In this document: piece after piece, positions 29,794-36,143 of the stretch
Layout: the number at the start of each line of letters is the position of its first letter
How positions within the stretch are numbered: the first letter of the stretch is position 1
IMG/VR virus record: IMGVR_UViG_3300032254_000001
Span: 224,001-288,000 of that record
Strand: one strand, 5' to 3'
Source: a virus
Taxonomy: Duplodnaviria > Caudoviricetes
DNA: 64,000 nt
The notes under the pieces: model-generated
Databases searched by the model: none
What the model saw: the letters and a program-made list of their open reading frames with translations, nothing else
What the model was told of the DNA's origin: nothing
Translations under genes and position numbers: made by a program

Positions 29794-30354
29794 TTAGAAT
29801 GTATCACCTTCAGCGTCAGCTGTAGCGATAGCAGTTCCTGTTCCAGTACCAGCTGTTTCAGCAGTGAATGTGTCACCAGCTAAATCACCAGTTGCTGTAG
29901 CTGGATGCTCAGTAGTGAATGATGTTGTACCAGGTACAACAATTTCGTATTCGACACCAACTACAAAACTACCAGATGTAATAATGTTAGTTGAGTCACC
30001 AGCTTCTGGCATTTCAACACGGTCGTCGGATGTTGAATCATCAAATGACCAACCAATGCTTTCGCCTGTATCTACCGTCACTTTATGTGCCGCAACCTTA
30101 ATAACTTGCTTAACGTTTGCTGCATCGTCTTTAACTGAAATTGACATTTCGTTAGCTGCTAACGAGCCTGGTGCTACGTCAACTAACCAGCAAATTGCTT
30201 CGTTTGTACCATCTGAGCAGCGGAACTTTTTAGAGCCAAGCTGCTTAACAATCCAACCTGCTACTTCCGAAGTACCATTATGAAATCTTACTTTTATTTC
30301 GTTTCCACCAGCTGTTGGCTCACCGAAATATCTTTTATTTATAGGTCTACCCAT
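29794..30354 (-). CDS. Late structural protein
   Basis: MGRPINKRYFG..IVKQ.GSKKF; SD AGGAG; late promoter at 30440-30446. Confidence 0.75.
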   Translation of the reverse strand: MGRPINKRYFGEPTAGGNEIKVRFHNGTSEVAGWIVKQLGSKKFRCSDGTNEAICWLVDVAPGSLAANEMSISVKDDAANVKQVIKVAAHKVTVDTGESIGWSFDDSTSDDRVEMPEAGDSTNIITSGSFVVGVEYEIVVPGTTSFTTEHPATATGDLAGDTFTAETAGTGTGTAIATADAEGDTF

Positions 30355-30383
30355 TTGAATTCTCTCCTTTGTTTTTAAGAATT

Positions 30384-30446
30384 GCCGTTCTAAGGCTACG
30401 CGGTTGGTTCCGCATAAACTAGTTAACTAGCTGTAGTCTTATTTAT
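30384..30446 (-). promoter_or_regulatory. Late promoter plus structured 5' leader
   Basis: ATAAATA; palindrome CTAGTTAACTAG; hairpins TATGCGG/CCGCGTA and GCC/GGC. Confidence 0.5.
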
Positions 30447-30461
30447 GGAAAACAAAGGATT

Positions 30462-31286
30462 TTAGTCGATACCGTCAGCTTTATTTTGAGCTAAGATTTC
30501 ACGCTTGCGCATCATACGCTCAATTCTTGATTTTGACAGGTTGAAGAAATACTCTGCTACACGCTCATGCCAGTGATGGTCTGGGTGCATTCCATCACGT
30601 GCAAATGAATCTATCACAAATGGATTGTTATCGTGCATCTGAAAATTAGTCAGAGTTTCTATAACAGGATTAGAAAAGAATGTAGCAGCATGATTATTAT
30701 ACAAGCTCTCTACAAAGCTATAATTCTTGTTAAAGTTAAATGTTAAATAACTCTCATCTATCATAACCTTAGGAAAATGTTCGTTGTCAATAGCCGCTTG
30801 TATTACCTTATTATCGCCGTAAGGGGTTGGTAGTTCAAGTCTTGTAATTGGAGGCCAGTACACATACACTAAGTCAGGTTCCATATCCCTGTCTACTTTA
30901 TACAGTGTACGAGCAACATAATCTGTGCTTGCTCCGCTAGTTGCCAGGTTCCAGTTAGATGCAGTCTTACCTGTGAACTCTTGTATTTTAGCTTGTAGTC
31001 TAGCAGGCCATGTTTCTTCTTGCTTAACCCCAACACCAACTGTCATGCTGCATCCACATGCTACTATCCTAATGTCAGGCTCATCATAAAAACTATCGCC
31101 ACGATAACCATGTTCGTTGAATGTGTATGTAATGTCGCGCTCAAACTGTGCATGTTCTGGCTTATCTGTATCTAACCAATCCACTGTCATGTTAGGAGGA
31201 TACATTCCACTCATAGGAATCTCTTTTGCCCAGCCAGTTAATGCACTTGTGTTATGCAGGAATTGTCGTTGCTTCCATTTGCTCAT
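30462..31286 (-). CDS. SGNH/GDSL-hydrolase-like protein
   Basis: GCSMT.G.G block I, NLA.SGAS block II, DGMHP block V. Confidence 0.65.
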   Translation of the reverse strand: MSKWKQRQFLHNTSALTGWAKEIPMSGMYPPNMTVDWLDTDKPEHAQFERDITYTFNEHGYRGDSFYDEPDIRIVACGCSMTVGVGVKQEETWPARLQAKIQEFTGKTASNWNLATSGASTDYVARTLYKVDRDMEPDLVYVYWPPITRLELPTPYGDNKVIQAAIDNEHFPKVMIDESYLTFNFNKNYSFVESLYNNHAATFFSNPVIETLTNFQMHDNNPFVIDSFARDGMHPDHHWHERVAEYFFNLSKSRIERMMRKREILAQNKADGID

Positions 31287-31600
31287 ACACTAAAGCTCGT
31301 TCCACAACCGCATTGTGTTTTAGCTGCTGGATTTGATACAACAAATCGCTCGCCTTGTACATCTTTAGTGTAATCAAGTGTTGCCGTCTCAAGGTACTGA
31401 TAGCTCATTGGATCAATTAATACTACCGCACCTGTGTCATTAATAATGATATCGCCTTCGTCAATCTGTTCTGCGAATGCAAACACATAATTAAATCCAC
31501 TACAGCCACCGCCCGATATGCCAATTCGCATTGCCATTGCATTGTCTGTTTCATTAAGTAAATCAAATACTTTTTGTTCTGCTGCTTTTGTTAAATTCAT
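31283..31600 (-). CDS. iscA: A-type Fe-S cluster carrier (HesB/IscA/ErpA family)
   Basis: GGGCSGF.Y, NP.AK..CGCG.SF signature. Confidence 0.93.
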   Translation of the reverse strand: MNLTKAAEQKVFDLLNETDNAMAMRIGISGGGCSGFNYVFAFAEQIDEGDIIINDTGAVVLIDPMSYQYLETATLDYTKDVQGERFVVSNPAAKTQCGCGTSFSV

Positions 31601-31609
31601 AATATTTCT

Positions 31610-31810
31610 CTAGTTGTCACATGCGTTGTACGCTTTAATTAACGAGTCAAGTATTTCCTTATCGATCTCGTCTGCTATTCCCTTGGCCATTTGCTTGACT
31701 AAGATATCTCGAAAACTCATCGACATATCAAACTCGTCTTCGACCGGCGGTATGCCGTTCTTTAAACGGTCCCAAACTTCTGCTTTTTCTTTTGAAAGTT
31801 TCTTAGCCAT
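31610..31810 (-). CDS. WxxL-tagged small protein with major-capsid-like fragment
   Basis: EVWDRLK tag; MAKGIADEIDKEILDSL vs gp23 LAQEITAEIDQEILLSL. Confidence 0.75.
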   Translation of the reverse strand: MAKKLSKEKAEVWDRLKNGIPPVEDEFDMSMSFRDILVKQMAKGIADEIDKEILDSLIKAYNACDN

Positions 31811-31812
31811 AC

Positions 31813-32028
31813 TTATGATACTACTATCGGATCATCAGGAAATGCACTCACTAATTTCCATACTGTGCCAGTAAACACATATATCTGCGAATCGTCTTTA
31901 TTGTAAATCATTGCACCGGCTGCTGGCGGACCTGTCACTGAAGAATTCCAGCCGACTTCGGAAGTCTGCTTAATTCCGTTCTTTAAACGATCCCAAACTT
32001 CTGCTTGATCAGATGTTAGTTCTTTCAA
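31813..32028 (-). CDS. WxxL-tagged small protein with tail-fibre-like motif
   Basis: EVWDRLK tag; AGAMIYN....QIYVFTGTVW. Confidence 0.7.
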   Translation of the reverse strand: MKELTSDQAEVWDRLKNGIKQTSEVGWNSSVTGPPAAGAMIYNKDDSQIYVFTGTVWKLVSAFPDDPIVVS

Positions 32029-32404
32029 GTAGGTCTTCCTCTATTCTTTTCTGCTTATTCTCTTTACTAATATGATGAAGAAAGGCTGAGTGACTAACTT
32101 GCACTAAAAATCCAAATGGGTTATTGCTTTTAGTTGAGTCAAAATGCTGATATGAAATTAACATTTGCATAACCGCAGCTTGAACTAAATCATCTGCGTA
32201 CACTAGACTCTGATAATGTTTTCTGTGTAGTAGTCTATCCGCAAGTTCTATCATGTACTTGCCTAATGCTTGCGATACTTTGCCATCATTTTGTGCATAG
32301 TCTATAGCAATAAGCAAATCAGAATTGTTGTTGATTGGACCGTAATAGCCCCACGGGTCAACTAACTTATCCCATACTGCACGTTGGTCTTTATTCAACA
32401 GCAT
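32009..32404 (-). CDS. WxxL-tagged truncated gp55-like sigma factor paralogue
   Basis: AVWDKL tag; IELADR..HR.HY....YADDL..A......FDSTKSNNPFGF......AFL..I.KE.KQ aligns with the gp55 core at 60984..61961. Confidence 0.75.
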   Translation of the reverse strand: MLLNKDQRAVWDKLVDPWGYYGPINNNSDLLIAIDYAQNDGKVSQALGKYMIELADRLLHRKHYQSLVYADDLVQAAVMQMLISYQHFDSTKSNNPFGFLVQVSHSAFLHHISKENKQKRIEEDLLERTNI

Positions 32405-32711
32405 TGAGTTTGTCCCATATAGCTTCTTTCTCTAAGCGATCATGGAACTCAATCATTGCTGCTTTTCTTTCTTTCTTAAAAAGATCAAGTGCTATCTTGT
32501 GTGGGCAGTCCTCAGGGTACTCAGTTATGTTGTGTTCAGCTTCGCTTAAGCGACAAGAAACCCAAGTGTTGTCTGACTCGTAGTCCCTGCTGTGATCGCT
32601 TATGTGTAATGTTTCATCCCACTCGTAGTAATTTTTACATTCAAGTATATCTCTGCACATACTGTCATAATGTATTCTAAACATCTTTCCTCTGCTCTGC
32701 TGCAATTTCAC
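32391..32711 (-). CDS. Cys/His-containing WxxL-tagged protein
   Basis: ECK.Y.E.D..C..NI.EYPE.C.H; AIWDKL; paralogue of 33765..34031. Confidence 0.7.
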   Translation of the reverse strand: MKLQQSRGKMFRIHYDSMCRDILECKNYYEWDETLHISDHSRDYESDNTWVSCRLSEAEHNITEYPEDCPHKIALDLFKKERKAAMIEFHDRLEKEAIWDKLNAVE

Positions 32712-32937
32712 TAATTAATATATCAGCTAGTTCTTGTTCAACATCTATTCCGTGTAGGGACTCTAGGTCTTTAGCAACGTCAACAGTCCAACTAGCACGT
32801 AGCCTACGGGTCACAGGGCCAGTCTCCTTTAGGCGGTCCCAAACTTTTTCTTTCTCTCGTTGAATAGCTTCTTTCTGCTTCCGGATACCGTTGCGGATCT
32901 TTCGTTGGTTCACTTGTATTGCTGTCTCTTTCATCAA
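32677..32937 (-). CDS. WxxL-tagged small protein with major-capsid fragment
   Basis: KVWDRLK; TRRLRASWT..DLESLHGIDVEQE..EIAAE is 21/39 identical to gp23 residues 167-205. Confidence 0.8.
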   Translation of the reverse strand: MMKETAIQVNQRKIRNGIRKQKEAIQREKEKVWDRLKETGPVTRRLRASWTVDVAKDLESLHGIDVEQELADILISEIAAEQRKDV

Positions 32938-33166
32938 ACTTCCATTCTCCTAGTATATGTTTATTAAATTCTGTCATATCTTTAGTCAGACTGTCAATGT
33001 ATGCGTCTACTAAAGACCAATCGATCCCATACTTCTGGGGGAGTTGTGTTACCCCAGATAATTTCTTCCATATGGTCTCTTCTTCTTTTTGCAGCCGCTC
33101 TCTTTCTTTTCGCCTCTGCTCTTTTCTTTTTCCGCGGGTCCTGAAACGTTTCCGTCTTGAAGTCAA
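32804..33166 (-). CDS. Arg-rich WxxL-tagged protein
   Basis: TTG start with GGAGG SD; TIWKKL; N-terminus paralogous to the 33419 gene. Confidence 0.7.
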   Translation of the reverse strand: MTSRRKRFRTRGKRKEQRRKERERLQKEEETIWKKLSGVTQLPQKYGIDWSLVDAYIDSLTKDMTEFNKHILGEWKFDERDSNTSEPTKDPQRYPEAERSYSTRERKSLGPPKGDWPCDP

Positions 33167-33419
33167 AATGAAACCCTCCTACTGGTTCTATACCTGCTGT
33201 TTGTTCGCCCATTGGCTGTACACCAACTAAGTCGTCTGCAATCATTACAGGTGCTATGCGTCTCATTAACGGCATTAAAATAGCGCCAAGATCATCCCAA
33301 TCGTATTCAGGTGGTAGTGGCGGGCTAACATTTGTTAACTTGTTCCAAGTCTCTAACGACTCTTTCCTTAGTGCTTTACGCTTACCACGCTGCCTACGTC
33401 TGCGCCTGACACTAGTCAT
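32994..33419 (-). CDS. Arg-rich WxxL-tagged protein with Gol-like major-capsid fragment
   Basis: ETWNKL and EVWDRL tags; LGAILMPLMRRIAPVMIADDLVGVQPM is 14/27 identical to gp23 residues 57-83. Confidence 0.8.
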   Translation of the reverse strand: MTSVRRRRRQRGKRKALRKESLETWNKLTNVSPPLPPEYDWDDLGAILMPLMRRIAPVMIADDLVGVQPMGEQTAGIEPVGGFHFDFKTETFQDPRKKKRAEAKRKRAAAKRRRDHMEEIIWGNTTPPEVWDRLVFSRRIH

Positions 33420-33765
33420 CGTCGGTAATATCCTTAGGTTTAGGTTTCATTATTATAACATTATCATGCTCGTCGGACTTCTCGTATTTGTTCTTAATAC
33501 TATCTAACTTTTCTTCAAATGTGTCGCAGGCCCACTCGTTTAATTGATTGTATAAGTCAGCAGCACCAGGCGTCACAGTGTGTCTAAATGTTTCTGTTTT
33601 TGAATCATAATTGCTGATTATACGTTCTATTCGTATTACCCGCTTCCTGCGCCACCAAGACTTGAAATGAATAGTAAAAACATCATAAACCTTTGTGCCA
33701 ATCTTATGCTCCATTGTGTGCTCGAAGTATTCGATTTTATCAAAAAATTCTTTAGGTAGTATCAT
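33412..33765 (-). CDS. Hypothetical protein (no tag)
   Basis: 117-aa coupled ORF. Confidence 0.65.
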   Translation of the reverse strand: MILPKEFFDKIEYFEHTMEHKIGTKVYDVFTIHFKSWWRRKRVIRIERIISNYDSKTETFRHTVTPGAADLYNQLNEWACDTFEEKLDSIKNKYEKSDEHDNVIIMKPKPKDITDDD

Positions 33766-34031
33766 TATAGGACCTGTATATGTACTGGATCACGTAAAAG
33801 TGATTTTACTGTTCTATGGGGTTGATTCAATTTCTTCCACATTATATCTTGTTGCTTTGCTTTATCTTTCGCAATGGTAATATCTTCAAGGTGCAAACAA
33901 CCTTCTGGATATTTAATAATGTTAATCGTCACACCCATTACAATACAGGAATGACATTTACCAACCTGCATATCAAACTCTCTGTGGTACTTGCATTCCT
34001 TTGATTTACAAAATTCATTAAAGTTATACAT
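33765..34031 (-). CDS. Cys/His-containing WxxL-tagged protein
   Basis: ECKYH.EFD..C..NI.KYPEGC.H; IMWKKL. Confidence 0.7.
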   Translation of the reverse strand: MYNFNEFCKSKECKYHREFDMQVGKCHSCIVMGVTINIIKYPEGCLHLEDITIAKDKAKQQDIMWKKLNQPHRTVKSLLRDPVHIQVL

Positions 34032-35055
34032 GCTCTACAACTACTTTTACATTTGGAAACGGTGTTATAAACTGCCCACATGCAGACTGAATTTCAACTC
34101 CGGTTGAAATTTGTATCTTTAAATTATTGTGAAACTTTGCAAACTGCACAATAATTTCCTTAAAGCGATCGCTTTCTTCCATTTCGTTAGCATCACATCT
34201 GTTATAGCGTAGTACTCTGAACTCGTAGTCTTCTAGATTCCACTTAGTGATAAAATCAAACAATGCTTGCACTTCTTCTTCGCTATCGTTAACACCATCC
34301 ATAAACATATGATGGAATATTAAATTATGTTTGTTGTTGTCTGCGTACTTTAACAGCTTCGGCATTGCTTCTTCCAATGGCATAGCTCCAGGAATAATTT
34401 GATCCCTAGTCTCTTGTACTGCACTGTGCAACGAATAAAACAATCTAAATGGACTGCGCTGTATGTAATTGCCCATTGATGATTGTGCTTCACTATGCAC
34501 AACAACCTTGTTATTTGGATTAGTTCCAAATGATTTTAGGTCTTCATTGAGCTCGTGAAATATGTCAATCCAATCATCGTTTCTAATTTTAGGTAGCACT
34601 GTTGAAAGATCAACACCATCTAAGCCTGCTGCGTAGTTGTTATCTGTTACGTAGTTTAACACATCGTTGGTTGCTCTGTACACCCCTGCTGGGTTAAGAA
34701 TTGCTTCGCCCATGCCCATCCAGCATACTTTCATGTATCTGCTTGCTATGCTTGCATCGTGTTGCACTGCATGATCAATTGCATCAATAAGATTTGATTG
34801 CACTGTAGTAATTGGCAGCTTCTTGTAAGGCATTTCTTTCATTGTTAAGTAACAGAAGTCACACTGCATCGGGCATCCGCCGCTAATCGATGCGAACACT
34901 GAATACTTATTTCTGTTAATAGGATTCATTTCCAGTACACCAGTTACTGGATTTCTAATTGTGTCGCAGCTTGAAACAGTTTTTATTGCAGTTTCAGACG
35001 TGTCGCTATGCACATACTTTGTTACTAGTCCGTCATCTGATTCAAAAACTTCCAT
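34024..35055 (-). CDS. RlmN/Cfr-like radical SAM protein
   Basis: GCPMQCDFC, MGMGE, SLHSA, EI.SACGQ motifs. Confidence 0.85.
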   Translation of the reverse strand: MEVFESDDGLVTKYVHSDTSETAIKTVSSCDTIRNPVTGVLEMNPINRNKYSVFASISGGCPMQCDFCYLTMKEMPYKKLPITTVQSNLIDAIDHAVQHDASIASRYMKVCWMGMGEAILNPAGVYRATNDVLNYVTDNNYAAGLDGVDLSTVLPKIRNDDWIDIFHELNEDLKSFGTNPNNKVVVHSEAQSSMGNYIQRSPFRLFYSLHSAVQETRDQIIPGAMPLEEAMPKLLKYADNNKHNLIFHHMFMDGVNDSEEEVQALFDFITKWNLEDYEFRVLRYNRCDANEMEESDRFKEIIVQFAKFHNNLKIQISTGVEIQSACGQFITPFPNVKVVVEHV

Positions 35056-35290
35056 TGGTATTCCTCTTCAATGAGTCCGGGTGAATTATTTCGTTACGAA
35101 CTCTGTTGTTTTCTCTTTCCCTTGCTGCTTCCATCTCTGCTAGTATCTCGTCTTGGATGCGACGAACTGCTTCTTCCATACGTCCTACCATGTGTCGTAG
35201 CATCTCTTCCCATTCCGTGTCATGGATAGAAGGTTCTTCCTGCAGACCGTTCTTTAAGCGATCCCAGACTTCTTCTTGCTCTGTGTTCAT
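35042..35290 (-). CDS. WxxL-tagged small protein
   Basis: EEVWDRLKNG. Confidence 0.7.
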   Translation of the reverse strand: MNTEQEEVWDRLKNGLQEEPSIHDTEWEEMLRHMVGRMEEAVRRIQDEILAEMEAARERENNRVRNEIIHPDSLKRNTNGSF

Positions 35291-35472
35291 GCCGTTGTGT
35301 CCGATACTATTGTTATAGCCTTGTCAGCTCGAAGCACCTGTGTTGACCAATATATCGATCGATACATAAGTGGTTCAAATTTAACCTTAGGCTCTGGAAC
35401 ATGCTTAAGCTTTTCCCACACCAGTTCTTTATCACTGGGTTCTGCAGATGTTACTTTCTTGACTTTTGCCAC
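35287..35472 (-). CDS. WxxL-tagged small protein
   Basis: ELVWEKLKHVPEPK, shared with the 36567 gene. Confidence 0.65.
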   Translation of the reverse strand: MAKVKKVTSAEPSDKELVWEKLKHVPEPKVKFEPLMYRSIYWSTQVLRADKAITIVSDTTA

Positions 35473-35671
35473 TAAATTTTAATGCGAAAATTATCGCATC
35501 CTCCTTATACTCAAACCACCAACGTGTGTTAGTGTAATGGTGATAAAAACATCCACCATCTTGTTGTTCGACACACCACTTGTGAGCTTCTTTAATACAG
35601 TCACGACATGGTGGTGGAACAACAAACCATAATTCATTACGATGTTCCTTAGGTGGATTACACCACTTCAC
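35432..35671 (-). CDS. Small 'W.FE..DA..F.LK' family protein
   Basis: KWC...WWFEYKEDAIIFALKF. Confidence 0.7.
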   Translation of the reverse strand: MKWCNPPKEHRNELWFVVPPPCRDCIKEAHKWCVEQQDGGCFYHHYTNTRWWFEYKEDAIIFALKFSGKSQESNICRTQ

Positions 35672-35919
35672 TCATCTTTACCTACTACCACATACTCGAC
35701 GCTAGATACGCCGTCACCTAAATCTTTGTGTACTAATTTAGTTTCCACCTTACCTCCTCGCATATCAGCGAACAGTTGCGATGCTTTTTTAAGTTCTTCT
35801 TCTGTGTTCTCTACTTCTTTCCAATTCGAAGCCTTGCTCAGCTTTTCCCACATTAATTCCTTATCGTCATCTTCTGTAGTCTTGCCAAGAAGTATTCTTT
35901 TAAAACGTTCTAAGTTCAT
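35668..35919 (-). CDS. WxxL-tagged small protein
   Basis: ELMWEKLS. Confidence 0.7.
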   Translation of the reverse strand: MNLERFKRILLGKTTEDDDKELMWEKLSKASNWKEVENTEEELKKASQLFADMRGGKVETKLVHKDLGDGVSSVEYVVVGKDE

Positions 35920-36143
35920 TTGTCGATTGTACTCTCAATATCGAAATACATTGTTTTACCAGCTCCGCGTCGTGCTGCTATTACAACCAATTCACCTTTG
36001 CCAACACCACCACACAATGCTCTACCTAATTGCTGTTGGTACCATGTTAGGCCGTTGCCATTAAATGGTGGTACATACTCTGTGGATAACTTTTCCCACA
36101 TTAGTTCCTGCTCAGCGGCTTTTGAGGATTTTGATTGTGACAT
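35916..36143 (-). CDS. WxxL-tagged protein with isolated P-loop (Walker A) fragment
   Basis: ELMWEKLS; GG...GELVVIAARRGAGKT. Confidence 0.75.
   Translation of the reverse strand: MSQSKSSKAAEQELMWEKLSTEYVPPFNGNGLTWYQQQLGRALCGGVGKGELVVIAARRGAGKTMYFDIESTIDK

Larger units (their letters stand above)
31755..35273 (-). repeat. Dispersed DNA repeat encoding the (A)EVWDRLKNG tag
   Basis: 31755-31784 and 31976-32005 match at 29/30; related copy at 35247-35273. Confidence 0.85.

Noticed and set aside
31610-33419. A single degraded gp23 pseudogene explaining the capsid fragments
   Set aside because: The fragments sit in separate intact ORFs with their own starts, are separated by unrelated tagged genes, two overlap the same gp23 segment, and the intervening capsid sequence is absent.
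35287-35472. C-terminus (WSTQVLRADKAITIV) as a fragment of a non-T4 capsid protein
   Set aside because: The similarity is too short and weak to support by eye; not counted among the baits.
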